From an uncultured Planctomycetia bacterium (lineage in GTDB: Bacteria; Omnitrophota; Gorgyraeia; Tantalellales; Tantalellaceae), in contig CAYVIW010000076.1 of NCBI GenBank assembly GCA_964451815.1, positions 6,210 to 70,209 of the forward strand: DNA of 64,000 bases. Reading direction: 5' to 3'. Below are positions 32,998 through 44,239 of the stretch, piece after piece. Both the position numbers and the translations under genes were made by a program. The notes under the pieces are model-generated. The model searched no databases. It was not told the origin of the DNA and saw only the letters and a program-made list of their open reading frames with translations. Every line of letters starts with the position of its first letter. The stretch's first letter is position 1.

Positions 32998-33602
32998 ATT
33001 CTTGAAAAATTCTCCAATATTTTAAGCCCTTTATTCTGAGACCTCTCAGGATGGAACTGTACGGCGAACACATTGTCTTTCCACAATACCGACGTATAAT
33101 CAACCCCGTAAGATGTAAAGCCAGACACATACCTTTCTTCCGCCGACCGGCAGTAGTAAGAATGAACAAAATAAAAATATGCCCCGTCATTTATGCCCTT
33201 GAACAGGGGGCACTCCCGATTAAGCAAGGTAACGGTGTTCCACCCTATCTGCGGGACCTTCAACCCTTTCACCGGAGGGAAGATCTTAACTTCCCCCGGG
33301 ACAAGTTTCAGACACTCACATCCTCCTGATTCCTCGCTGGTATCAAAAAGAAGCTGAAGCCCCAGACATATACCCAGAAAAGGCTTGCCGGCGGATATGC
33401 TACGCTTTATGCTCTCTGTATACCCTCTGAGGTTAAGGGCCTCCATGGCGTCTTTGGATGACCCTACCCCGGGTAGGACCACCCTGTCGGCTTTGTCAAG
33501 ATCCTCCGGGCTCGTACACACCTTGACTTCCTCGCCTATATATCTAAAAGCATTATATACGCTTCTCAAATTCCCCCCGCCATAATCTATTATCGCTATC
33601 AT
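32994..33602 (-). CDS. hisH: Imidazole glycerol phosphate synthase glutaminase subunit
   Basis: DYGGGNL, LPGVG, GICLGLQ, YFVHSY, QFHPE. Confidence 0.96.
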   Translation of the reverse strand: MIAIIDYGGGNLRSVYNAFRYIGEEVKVCTSPEDLDKADRVVLPGVGSSKDAMEALNLRGYTESIKRSISAGKPFLGICLGLQLLFDTSEESGGCECLKLVPGEVKIFPPVKGLKVPQIGWNTVTLLNRECPLFKGINDGAYFYFVHSYYCRSAEERYVSGFTSYGVDYTSVLWKDNVFAVQFHPERSQNKGLKILENFSRI

Positions 33603-33614
33603 CCGTCCTCCAAC

Positions 33615-34250
33615 CTACAGTATGCCCTTGCTCGACGGTATCTCACCGGCGCGGCGAGGGTCTATGCCGGTGGCTTTATCCATAGCCATGCCGAAGGCTT
33701 TAAAAACGGCCTCAAAATAATGGTGCATGTCGCCTTTGCCCGAAACTTCCACATGCAGATTTATGGCCATCTTCTTCGAGAAACTTTCAAGAAAGTCCTG
33801 TCCGTAATGCACAGAATACCCCTCTTCGTCCTTTATCGGTGTCTCGACCCCCGAAATATCAAAAACGAACGCCGGGCGGTTGGAGATATCCACAGAGACC
33901 CTGGCCATGGCAGCGTCCATGGGCGCGTCAGCCGAAGCGGTCCTGGCTATACCTCTGCAGTCCCCGAGAGCCTCCCTGAAAGCCTCTCCCAAAGCTATGC
34001 CGATATCCTCGTTAAGATGGTGATTGTCCACATGCGTATCGCCTTTGGCGGTAAGCTCAATGTCAAAATAACCGTGATACGCGAAAAGAGTAAGCATATG
34101 GTCCAGAAATCCTATGGTAGTTGAGATCGAACTTTCACCTTTACCGTCAACATTCAGAAGACCTATCCCTATCTGGGTCTCTTTGGACTTCCTGGCGTAC
34201 CCTTTGATCTTTCTTTCTTTCCTCGCTTTTTCCCTACCGAAGATACCCAT
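33615..34250 (-). CDS. hisB: Imidazoleglycerol-phosphate dehydratase
   Basis: GFLDHML, GD.HVD.HH..ED, HH..EAVFKA, PSSKG. Confidence 0.92.
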   Translation of the reverse strand: MGIFGREKARKERKIKGYARKSKETQIGIGLLNVDGKGESSISTTIGFLDHMLTLFAYHGYFDIELTAKGDTHVDNHHLNEDIGIALGEAFREALGDCRGIARTASADAPMDAAMARVSVDISNRPAFVFDISGVETPIKDEEGYSVHYGQDFLESFSKKMAINLHVEVSGKGDMHHYFEAVFKAFGMAMDKATGIDPRRAGEIPSSKGIL

Positions 34251-34313
34251 ATGTTCTTCCTCCCCAATTATCTACAGATCGGGACTCTTTGACCCCCTCT
34301 GCGACAAAGTCCT

Positions 34314-35537
34314 TTATTCGCACCTTACATTGACCGAATTCCAGTGCTCTTCCAGCTTTTCCAACTCCGTAAGCTCTCTTATCCAGCCTGACGATCCCGT
34401 AAGCGCCTTTCTGGAATAAGATATTATGTGTGAGCTTTTCATGAAACTCCTGAGATTGAGCCCCGAAAAATATCTGGCCGTCCCTCCGGTCGGCAGAACA
34501 TGGCTCGGACCGGCTATATAATCGCCTACAGCGACGGGCGAGTACTGCCCCAGAAATATGGCGCCGGCGTTAGTTATTCTTTTGAGCAGCCTTTTTGGGG
34601 ACCTCAGCATAAGCTGCAAGTGTTCCGGAGCTATCAGATTGGATACCTCGGCGGCGTCCTCAAGGTTCCTGACTTTTATTATATATCCTCTCAGGTTCTT
34701 ATCCCCGCGAAGCGCTTCGAATATTTTTTTCGATGGTGTAACAAGTATGGAAAGCCCCCTGTGATGCTCCGCCTGCGCCATTATATCGCTTTTCAGATAC
34801 TCGATATTAGCGTAGTTATTAGCTATTATAAGCACCTCGCTCGGCCCGGCAAGCATGTCTATGTCACAGCGGCCGAACACCTGACGCTTTGCCTCGGTAA
34901 CATATTCGTTGCCCGGGCCCACTATCTTGTCAACTCTCGGAACGGTCTTTGTCCCGAAGGCGAGGGCTCCTATCGCCTGGGCTCCTCCTATTTTGTATAT
35001 CTCATCCACGTTCAGGAGATTGGCCACGACCAATATATGCGGGTCTATGCTGTTGTATTCATTGGGCGGCGATACCATTATTATCTTTTTTACTCCAGCT
35101 ATCTTGGCCGGGAGCACAGTCATATATACGCTGGATACAAGAGGCACGGTCCCGCTCGGAACATAGACCCCGACCTTCTCGATGGGCGCGAACTTCTCGC
35201 CGAGCTCTATACCATTTTCATGCCTTATGGTCCATGACTTGGGAAGCTGGTTCCGGTAGAACTTGTTTATATTCTGTATTATCTCTTTCAGTGTGTTAAC
35301 CATCTCGGGCCTTATATCCTGATAAGCCCCGCTTATCTCTCTTTCTGTTACGCGCAATTCCTTTCGGAGCATGTCCACCCGGTCGAATCTTCGTGTATAC
35401 TTTATAAGAGCTTTGTCCCCTTCTTCTCTTACGTCTTCAAGTATCCTTGCCACTTTTTTCTCCAGACGCGCTCTGCCCTGGTCGGACCTCGAAACTATCC
35501 CATGGAATGCTCTACTTCCCAACTTGACACTTTTCAT
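34314..35537 (-). CDS. hisD: Histidinol dehydrogenase
   Basis: GGAQAI, KIVGPGN, AGPSE, QAEH, APEHL, GPSHVLPT. Confidence 0.96.
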   Translation of the reverse strand: MKSVKLGSRAFHGIVSRSDQGRARLEKKVARILEDVREEGDKALIKYTRRFDRVDMLRKELRVTEREISGAYQDIRPEMVNTLKEIIQNINKFYRNQLPKSWTIRHENGIELGEKFAPIEKVGVYVPSGTVPLVSSVYMTVLPAKIAGVKKIIMVSPPNEYNSIDPHILVVANLLNVDEIYKIGGAQAIGALAFGTKTVPRVDKIVGPGNEYVTEAKRQVFGRCDIDMLAGPSEVLIIANNYANIEYLKSDIMAQAEHHRGLSILVTPSKKIFEALRGDKNLRGYIIKVRNLEDAAEVSNLIAPEHLQLMLRSPKRLLKRITNAGAIFLGQYSPVAVGDYIAGPSHVLPTGGTARYFSGLNLRSFMKSSHIISYSRKALTGSSGWIRELTELEKLEEHWNSVNVRCE

Positions 35538-35538
35538 T

Positions 35539-38238
35539 TTATCCTCTTTTTTCTATGTATCCCCTGGCTTCTTCTATGGCTTTCGCCAGAGACCCGGGTG
35601 ATCTTCCCCCGGCCTGGGCGAAATTATCTTTTCCTCCGCCTGAGCCCTCAATGCTTGACGCGGCCGAACACACTATCTCCCTGGCGCTTATGCCCCGCTC
35701 GACCAGTTCAGCCGGCACAGCACACACAAGATAAGCTTTTTCTCCGTCTTCGGCTCCGATAACCACCACCGCGTCAGGCGCGGCTTTTTCCAAATAGGAA
35801 GCGGCTTTCCTCAAAACCTGCATATCCGAGTGCTCAAAAAGACAAGAAACGAACTTTATACCGCCCACTGATCCGCCGGCGGCGAGGGCATCATCCATCC
35901 TGAGCTTAAGCTGCCGGAAGTCATCCGATCGTTTCTCTTTCCGCGCTCTTTTTGCGGCTTTTTCTGTTTTTTCCTTTATCTCAGCGAGACGGGGCTTGAG
36001 ATCGGACCTGAAAGAAGCTATAACACGCCTGTCCACAGAGACCCTGCCGTCTATAATATTCTGGGCGGCGCTCATTATATCTTCTTCTCCCGGGTCCGGA
36101 ACATAATACTCTCCGTTCTTTATTTCCGTCGTGAGGGCTTTGAGCTCTTCTCTTATCCATAACTCGGCGGCCTCGCCCGTCGCGGCCTCTATACGCCTTA
36201 TGCCGCTGGCGACCGAGCTCTCCGAGGTTATAACGCAAAGCCTTATCTCTGATGTGTTGTCGACATGCGTACCCCCGCAAAGCTCTTTTGACCTTTCCCC
36301 TACCGTTATGACCCTTACCATATCGTCGTATTTATCACCGAAAAAAGAAAGCGCGCCTTCCTCTTTGGCCTGGTTTATGCTTTTGACCTCTTTGCACACC
36401 TCCAGGCATTCTTCTATCCAACCGTTGACGAGCTCCTCTATTTTTGACATCTCCCTTTCAGAAAGTTTCTTCATATGGGTAAAGTCAAACCTGAGATGCC
36501 TGTGATCGACCAGGGAGCCCGACTGTTTTACGTGGCTGCCCAGAACCTTCCTCAGCGCGGCCTGAAGCAGATGTGTGGCCGTGTGGTTCATCGCTGTCCG
36601 GGATTTTTTTTCGTCGTCAAGATCGATCCGCGCTTTATCGCCTCTTGTGAACCTGCCCTCATCGACCCGGACCTGATAGACCTTTCTTCCATCGGACTCA
36701 AAAGTGTTAAGTATGGACATGCGTCCGCCGGGTCCGGCGATACTCCCTTTATCTCCCACCTGCCCTCCGGCCTCCGGATAGAACACCCCACTCTGGGGAG
36801 ACGTGACAACTTCCCCTTCTTCCCCCTCTTCCAACATCTCGGCTGGTTTACCGTCTTTGACCACAAACACGATCTCGGCATCGAGGGGTAGATCTTCGGA
36901 ATACGCGGGCCTGGGCGAATGCGTGAAAAGATCGGGTCGAAAAATGAACTCTCCCGCCATATCGCTTCCCTTGCGCGACTGTTCTCTTCTTTTTTTCATG
37001 AAGGCCTCGAACTCTTTCAGGTCCGCTTTCGCGCCCTTTTCCCCGCACATTTCGGTAATAACATCCACAGGCATGCCGTAGGTATCGACCAACATGAATA
37101 CCTGCTCCCCGCTGAGCGACCTGGCTCCGGATGAGAGCATCTCTTCCAGTACCGGCATCGCGCCTCGCAGGGTGTAGTTAAAACGTCTTTCTTCCTCCTC
37201 CACTATCGCGGCTATATGCTCCCGTTTTTCCTGGACCTCCGGAAATATGCCGCTGAATATTCCGGCGACCACCGGCACTATATTGTACAGGAAAGCTTCT
37301 CCCCCCGTATTCCCTTTGAGCCAGGCCCGTCTTATGAGCTTCCTGACCACATATCCTCTTTTCTCGTTGGACGGTGAAACCCCGTCGGCAATAGCCATTG
37401 TGGCAGCCCTTATATGATCGGCTATCAGGTTCAACTCAAAAGCGGGACGCTCCCCGGTGGTCTTTTTTATTCCCTCTATTATCGGAACAAAGAGATCTGT
37501 CTCGAAATTGGTCTTTACGCCCTGCACTACCGAACACATCCTCTCAAGCCCCATACCGGTATCTATGTTCCTGGCGGGCAGAGGGGTGAGATGCCCGTCG
37601 GGCTGTCTTTCGTACTGGGTGAAAACCAGGTTCCAGACCTCCACGAATCTCCCGCAATCACAAGCTGGTCCACAATCCGGTCTTCCGCATCCCGCATCCT
37701 TCCCCCAGTCATAGAATATCTCCGAACATGGTCCGCAAGGACCGTTAGGGCCTTTTTCGGGAGCGTCGGCCGGCCAGAAATTATCGTGATCCCCCAGCTT
37801 TACCACCCTTTCGGCGGGCACACCCACCCCGCTGACCCATATTTCAAAAGATTCATCATCTTTGTCATGCACCGATACCCATAGCTTTTCGGCAGGGATG
37901 TTCATTACCCCGGTCATGAACTCCCACCCCCACATTATGGCCTCTTTTTTGAAATAATCACCAAAAGAAAAATTGCCGAGCATCTCAAAAAAGGTATGGT
38001 GCCTGGGGGTCCTGCCCACATTCTCAAGGTCGCCTGTACGCAGACATTTCTGACTGGACACGGCACGGGTATAGGTTATGTTCCTTCCCATGAACTGTTC
38101 TTTGAACTGGTTCATCCCCGCACCTGTGAAAAGAAGCGTAGGATCTTTAGCGGGCACAAGAAGATCACTGGGCACTATGGTATGGCCCTTGTTCCCGAAA
38201 AACTGGAGAAACTTCTCTCTTATCTCTTTTGAGGTCAT
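35539..38238 (-). CDS. alaS: Alanine--tRNA ligase
   Basis: HHTFFEMLGNFSFGDYFK, DTGMGLER, HTATHLL, ELCGGTH, GGG...AQAGG. Confidence 0.98.
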   Translation of the reverse strand: MTSKEIREKFLQFFGNKGHTIVPSDLLVPAKDPTLLFTGAGMNQFKEQFMGRNITYTRAVSSQKCLRTGDLENVGRTPRHHTFFEMLGNFSFGDYFKKEAIMWGWEFMTGVMNIPAEKLWVSVHDKDDESFEIWVSGVGVPAERVVKLGDHDNFWPADAPEKGPNGPCGPCSEIFYDWGKDAGCGRPDCGPACDCGRFVEVWNLVFTQYERQPDGHLTPLPARNIDTGMGLERMCSVVQGVKTNFETDLFVPIIEGIKKTTGERPAFELNLIADHIRAATMAIADGVSPSNEKRGYVVRKLIRRAWLKGNTGGEAFLYNIVPVVAGIFSGIFPEVQEKREHIAAIVEEEERRFNYTLRGAMPVLEEMLSSGARSLSGEQVFMLVDTYGMPVDVITEMCGEKGAKADLKEFEAFMKKRREQSRKGSDMAGEFIFRPDLFTHSPRPAYSEDLPLDAEIVFVVKDGKPAEMLEEGEEGEVVTSPQSGVFYPEAGGQVGDKGSIAGPGGRMSILNTFESDGRKVYQVRVDEGRFTRGDKARIDLDDEKKSRTAMNHTATHLLQAALRKVLGSHVKQSGSLVDHRHLRFDFTHMKKLSEREMSKIEELVNGWIEECLEVCKEVKSINQAKEEGALSFFGDKYDDMVRVITVGERSKELCGGTHVDNTSEIRLCVITSESSVASGIRRIEAATGEAAELWIREELKALTTEIKNGEYYVPDPGEEDIMSAAQNIIDGRVSVDRRVIASFRSDLKPRLAEIKEKTEKAAKRARKEKRSDDFRQLKLRMDDALAAGGSVGGIKFVSCLFEHSDMQVLRKAASYLEKAAPDAVVVIGAEDGEKAYLVCAVPAELVERGISAREIVCSAASSIEGSGGGKDNFAQAGGRSPGSLAKAIEEARGYIEKRG

Positions 38239-38266
38239 ATCGCTTTCACTTTCTGTTATCAGCCGT

Positions 38267-39322
<1,056 letters not shown>

Positions 39323-39363
39323 AGCGTTCCTCCTGTGGATTTTCCTCTTAATATTACTGACTT

Positions 39364-39392
39364 ATTATACTTACGCAGCCTCACGATTGCAA
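39364..39392 (-). promoter_or_regulatory. Sigma70-type promoter of recA
   Basis: TTGCAA-N17-TATAAT. Confidence 0.7.
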
Positions 39393-39472
39393 AGAAAATA
39401 TACCCGCGCACTGCCCCCTACTACTATAGACACATTTTCGGGGAAAAACCTTTCACTTTTTTATGGATATTT

Positions 39473-40057
39473 TTATCCGGAAAGCTCAAAAGACGCCAAA
39501 GGGGTGTGTACAGCGCCTGCCGAGGTGAGTTCAGATCTGAATATAACTATTTTATCGACGGTGCTTTTTGCCGGCTCCACTTTTACTTTCAAGGCCGCAT
39601 TTTTGAGATCTCTTCTTCCTTTCCCGCTTCTCACTCTGCCCAGCGTAAGATGCGGCCGGAACTTTCTTCCCTCCGCGGGAAAACCTTCCCCTGCCAGACG
39701 ATCATCAACCGCTTTAGCGAGGTTTTCCGCCTCACGCCCCCCTGCGCCAATATCCGCCCATACCACTTTTACGCGGTCCCAGTCGGGAAAAACCCCTACC
39801 CCGCTCAGAACCATATCGAAAGGCGCTGTACGTGAGGCTATCTCTCCGAGATGCCGTCCGATATTTTCAGTTTCTTTCCCGGAAATATCCCCAAGGAATT
39901 TAAGGGTAAGGTGCATCGCGCGGGAGCGTATCCACTTCACGTCCGCTCCGGACCTTTTCAGGTCCCGGGCCACGCGGGAAAGCTCCTCTTTGACTTCCTC
40001 CGAGAGTTCTATCGCTATAAAAACACGTATTTTACGATCTTTCCCGCCTGTGACCAT
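39473..40057 (-). CDS. thpR: RNA 2',3'-cyclic phosphodiesterase (2H family)
   Basis: Two HxT motifs (HLTLKFLG, PHLTLGR); usual position upstream of recA. Confidence 0.92.
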   Translation of the reverse strand: MVTGGKDRKIRVFIAIELSEEVKEELSRVARDLKRSGADVKWIRSRAMHLTLKFLGDISGKETENIGRHLGEIASRTAPFDMVLSGVGVFPDWDRVKVVWADIGAGGREAENLAKAVDDRLAGEGFPAEGRKFRPHLTLGRVRSGKGRRDLKNAALKVKVEPAKSTVDKIVIFRSELTSAGAVHTPLASFELSG

Positions 40058-40072
40058 ACATTTCCGTCAGGA

Positions 40073-40546
40073 CTATATTCTATCCGCCAGAAGCCTAAAT
40101 ACAGCCTCGGCGAACTTCTCCTTGTTCCGACGCCTTCCGCCCTTGTAAAGAACCTTTTCCGAATAACACTCTCCCTCTGTTACAACGGCTATATAGGCAA
40201 GGCCTACGGGCTTTTTCAGGCTACCCCCGGAAGGACCGGCTATGCCGGTCACGGCGGCTGAAAAGTCGCTGTCCATAAGGGCCTTAACGCCTTTTGCCAT
40301 CTCTTCAGCGGTCTGTCGGCTTACCGCCCCGTGCTTTTTTATTATATCGCCAGGCACTCTCAAAAGTGAGATCTTTATATCGTTGGAATAAGCTATTACC
40401 CCTCCCCTGAAATACACGGAGCTCCCGGCGGCATCGGTTATCCGGCTGGAAATTAGCCCACCGGTGCATGATTCTGCCAGGGCCAGGGTTTTACGCTTCT
40501 TTTTCAGAGCAGCGGCTATCTTTTTTTCGGGAGGTCGGACGCTCAT
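40073..40546 (-). CDS. CinA C-terminal domain / NMN deamidase (PncC-like)
   Basis: AESCTGG, GAVS...A..MA, TGIAGP.GG...KPVG. Confidence 0.9.
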   Translation of the reverse strand: MSVRPPEKKIAAALKKKRKTLALAESCTGGLISSRITDAAGSSVYFRGGVIAYSNDIKISLLRVPGDIIKKHGAVSRQTAEEMAKGVKALMDSDFSAAVTGIAGPSGGSLKKPVGLAYIAVVTEGECYSEKVLYKGGRRRNKEKFAEAVFRLLADRI

Positions 40547-40559
40547 AGGGGATGCCCGC

Positions 40560-40601
40560 TTAACCTGGTTAGATCAACCTGCTCGGTCTAACCGGGTTGA
40601 T
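40560..40601. repeat. 3 x 14-bp palindromic unit element (copy 1)
   Basis: TTAACCTGGTTAGA / TCAACCTGCTCGGT / CTAACCGGGTTGAT; related to the copy at 53053. Confidence 0.7.
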
Positions 40602-40625
40602 CTTATGATCCGTTTAAAAAAGGGA

Positions 40626-43600
40626 CTATACGGCCGCGCCTACGGTCGCTTTTTCTTTTATCTCGTTCTCTTCGGCGAACTTAACGGAAACCATTTTGGA
40701 CACGCCCTTCTCTTCCATGGTTATACCGTAAAGTACGTCCGCGAGTTGTATGGTCATTCTGTTATGCGTAATTATTACGAACTGGGAAAGCTTCAGAAAT
40801 TCCTGGAGCACGCGGCAGAACCTAACAACATTGGACTCGTCAAGCGGAGCGTCGATCTCGTCCAGCACGCAAAAGGGGCTGGGGTTCACCTTGAATATGG
40901 CGAATATAAGGGCTATAGCCGTCATCGCCTTTTCGCCTCCGGAAAGCTGCATTATGTTGTGAAGTTTTTTGCCGGGAGGGCGCACTACTATATCTATGCC
41001 GCACTCGAGAACGTTGTTCTCGTCTTCAAGGACAAGATCGGCCTTGCCCCCGTTGAAAAGCATGCGGAAATAATCGTTGAACTCTTTCTTGATAGCCTCG
41101 AACGATTCCATGAACTTCTTCTTTGTGGTCCTGTTTATTTTCTGTATGGCCTGCATAAGCTGCTCTCTGGCCGATTCCAGGTCTTCCCGCTGTTTTGAAA
41201 GGAACCCGAACCTCTCTTCTAACTGTTTATGTTCTTCCATCGCCCCCAGGCTCACGTCGCCCATGCGCTCCAGCTGTTCCTTTATGTCCTTTATCTGGGA
41301 TAAAACACCGTCCCAGTCGGCCCCGGGATCTATCTCGACCTCTACGGACGATATGTCGACCTTGTAAGAATCCATCATCTTTTCGACGATCGAAGCCCTC
41401 TTGAACTCTATCTCTTTCTTCATTATGTCAACATCCCGCGCTTTGTCCCTGGCTGATTCCAGCTCCTGCTCGCATGATCTCAACTCTTCCTGCGCGCGGT
41501 TTATCCGAACAGCGAGGGCATCTTTTCTCTCTTTCTTCTCGAATATCTCCGCATTACGCTCCTCGAGAGCGGAGTTCAACTCCACATTATGTCCTTCCAG
41601 ACAAACCGTCTCTTCTTCAAGGTCTCTTATCCTCTGGCCGCTTTCGTTGATCCGCGCTCTCCTTTCTTCCACATCGCTGTCCACCCTCTGGAAAGACCTT
41701 CTTTCTCTTTCGAGATTGTCCGCGAGGTTCTCCTCTTCTTTTCTCATGGCGGAAAGTTCGGCCTTAAGGTCCGACATGCAGAAAAGCGTCTCTTCTCTCC
41801 TTACGGAATTTTCTCTTATCTCCTCCTGGGCCCTGTCTATAGATTCCTGGAGCTCTCTCTGCCGTTTTTCTACCTCCACAAAGGTCTGTTCATACCTTTC
41901 CTTATCCTCGTTGAGCTGGCGAAGTACGTCCCGTTCCTCCTCTATCTCGGCCTCAAGGATAAGTACCTCTTCGTTTATGGAATCCATCTTTTCTTTGACC
42001 GACGATTTTCTGGAAGATACCTCCGCCAGCCGCATCTCCCTTTCTCTAAGCTCCGCCTCGAGACGTTCCTTTTTAGATAACGATGCCTTGAACCACTCTT
42101 CGAGCTGATCTATCGATACCGTCAGTTCTCTTACAGCCTCTTCCACTGAACTCTCTTCCTGTTTCATCTGCTCGAGTTTTTCGCGCCTTCCGAAAAGAGG
42201 GATCGTCTCCTTGGACGAAAAATTCCTGCTTCTGAAAATACCTTTCTGATACACTTCACCACGCTCTCCTATTATCCTGCCCCCGAAAGAAGGCTGGCTG
42301 TCAAGAAAAGAACGCGCGGTCTCGAAGGAGACCGTGACAAGGATATCGCTGAAAAACTCTCTGATGGCTGTATCATAAGGCTCCCGCGCCGTTATTACCT
42401 CGGATATGCCGCCGAGCGGGCTGTTGCCGCTGACAACGGGCGAATCTCCCCCGGAAAGGAATTTTTGTATATCGCCGAGTATTATAAGGTTTACGCTTTC
42501 CATGGCGTTTTCGGCCAGATACCCTATAACCCTGTCGGCGGTGTCCCGGCTGTCCACAACAAGAGCGTGAGACGCGTCTCCCAGTACTGATTTAACTGAC
42601 TCCTCATAACTCTCACGTACGTTTATGATCTCCGAAAGTATCCCCTTGACCCCGGAAAACCGGGGGTCTCCGGACTCAGCCCTTTTCATTATATCCTTTA
42701 CGCTTTCTCCCATGCCTTCCCGCTCGGATATAAGTTTCTCTAGAAACTCCCGGCGTGGTTTTATGCGGTTCAGATGCTTTTCCTTCTCAGCTCTGTCGGA
42801 AACAAGCAGAGCCTGCCTCTGTTGTCTTGCGACATACTCATCGCTGAAAACCCTGTATTCATCTTTTTTCTCCCCAAACCCGGCCGTGGCCAGAACCAGT
42901 TCCTCTTCTATCCCGCGCATCTTTTCGGCGACGTTATCCTTCTCGGCCTGGACATTGTTCCTCTCAAGTTTTAGACGCCTTTCTCTGGAAAGAGCGTTCT
43001 GTATATCCGCGCCGTTCTTTATCAAGGCGTTCTTGGTCCGGGTCTCTTCAGATACTATGTCCACTATCTTTTCCCTGTTCATTTTGAGCTCATGCCTGTG
43101 CGTCTCAAGACTTGAAGTAACGGCCTTTATGTTGTCTTCGGCCGCGGACAGCGCCTCTTCTTTGTTCTGACGCCTTCCCGAAACATCCCGGAACCTCTCT
43201 TCCAGTTCATCAAGACGCGTTTTCATGCTGTCTTTCCGCTCGGTGGCCTGCTCTATCTCCCAGTCGAACCTCTCCACCTGCTTGCGGAGCTCTTCAACCC
43301 TTTCTCTGTTAACCTCTATTGTGTGCCTGTTCTTATCTATATCGGTAGAAAGCCTCATTACCTCGTTCTGTGAATTGTTGAGGTCTTCCGAGAGAGAATT
43401 GAACTCACCCCGGGCATTAAGAAGCATCGCCGACATCTCCTCTACTTTTCGTGCCAGTTCTTCCGAGGTTTCCCTTATCTGCCTGTTCTTGTCTACGAGC
43501 GAAGTATCATCGGTGCTTAGCTCTCTGTATTTTTTTACAGACAGCTTTACCTCGAGCGTTTTGAGCTGCTCAAAACGTGCTTTGTACCTTTCCGCTTTTC

Positions 43601-44228
43601 GGGCCTTTCTTTCTATGGAGTTTATCTGCCTCTCGACTTCGCGGATAATATCGTTTATCCTGAGAAGATTGTCCCGGGTCTTCTCAAGTTTCATAAGAGC
43701 TTCGCGTTTTTTTGTTTTATATCTTGTTATGCCGCTGGCCTCCTCAAAAACATAACGCCTGTCTTCGGGCTTTGAGGAAAGTATCATATCCATACGGCCC
43801 TGCTCCACTATAGAGTAGGAACTTGTGCCTATACCGGTACCCATGAGAATATTCTTTATATCCATAAGACGTACCGGGGTCTTGTTGAGAATATACTCGC
43901 TTTCACCGGAGCGATAAAGCCGGCGGCTTATCGTGACTTCGTCAAAATCCACCGGGAGGGATCTGTCCTCGTTGGAAAAAGTAAGCGCTACCTCGGCAAA
44001 ATTAACTGGCTCATATTTATCGGTCCCGTTGAATATGACGTCCTGCATGGACGAAGACCTCATGCTTTTTGTCGACTGCTCCCCGAGCACCCACTTTATG
44101 GCATCAACAATATTGCTTTTACCGCATCCGTTGGGGCCGACGACCGCGGTGACGCCCGGCTCGAACTTGAGTTTTGTCTTGTTAAGAAAAGACTTGAACC
44201 CTACTATCTCAAGCTTCTTGAAATACAT
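40626..44228 (-). CDS. smc: Chromosome segregation protein SMC
   Basis: GFKSF, GPNGCGKS, Q-loop, long coiled coils around a hinge, LSGGE, LDEID. Confidence 0.97.
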   Translation of the reverse strand: MYFKKLEIVGFKSFLNKTKLKFEPGVTAVVGPNGCGKSNIVDAIKWVLGEQSTKSMRSSSMQDVIFNGTDKYEPVNFAEVALTFSNEDRSLPVDFDEVTISRRLYRSGESEYILNKTPVRLMDIKNILMGTGIGTSSYSIVEQGRMDMILSSKPEDRRYVFEEASGITRYKTKKREALMKLEKTRDNLLRINDIIREVERQINSIERKARKAERYKARFEQLKTLEVKLSVKKYRELSTDDTSLVDKNRQIRETSEELARKVEEMSAMLLNARGEFNSLSEDLNNSQNEVMRLSTDIDKNRHTIEVNRERVEELRKQVERFDWEIEQATERKDSMKTRLDELEERFRDVSGRRQNKEEALSAAEDNIKAVTSSLETHRHELKMNREKIVDIVSEETRTKNALIKNGADIQNALSRERRLKLERNNVQAEKDNVAEKMRGIEEELVLATAGFGEKKDEYRVFSDEYVARQQRQALLVSDRAEKEKHLNRIKPRREFLEKLISEREGMGESVKDIMKRAESGDPRFSGVKGILSEIINVRESYEESVKSVLGDASHALVVDSRDTADRVIGYLAENAMESVNLIILGDIQKFLSGGDSPVVSGNSPLGGISEVITAREPYDTAIREFFSDILVTVSFETARSFLDSQPSFGGRIIGERGEVYQKGIFRSRNFSSKETIPLFGRREKLEQMKQEESSVEEAVRELTVSIDQLEEWFKASLSKKERLEAELREREMRLAEVSSRKSSVKEKMDSINEEVLILEAEIEEERDVLRQLNEDKERYEQTFVEVEKRQRELQESIDRAQEEIRENSVRREETLFCMSDLKAELSAMRKEEENLADNLERERRSFQRVDSDVEERRARINESGQRIRDLEEETVCLEGHNVELNSALEERNAEIFEKKERKDALAVRINRAQEELRSCEQELESARDKARDVDIMKKEIEFKRASIVEKMMDSYKVDISSVEVEIDPGADWDGVLSQIKDIKEQLERMGDVSLGAMEEHKQLEERFGFLSKQREDLESAREQLMQAIQKINRTTKKKFMESFEAIKKEFNDYFRMLFNGGKADLVLEDENNVLECGIDIVVRPPGKKLHNIMQLSGGEKAMTAIALIFAIFKVNPSPFCVLDEIDAPLDESNVVRFCRVLQEFLKLSQFVIITHNRMTIQLADVLYGITMEEKGVSKMVSVKFAEENEIKEKATVGAAV

Positions 44229-44239
44229 TTTTCCTCCCC

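Noticed and set aside
34281-34312. Hairpin between hisD and hisB
   Set aside because: Short, bulged and lacking a U-tract on the coding strand; not supportable as a terminator.
39323-39472. LexA box upstream of recA
   Set aside because: No known SOS-box palindrome could be identified by eye.
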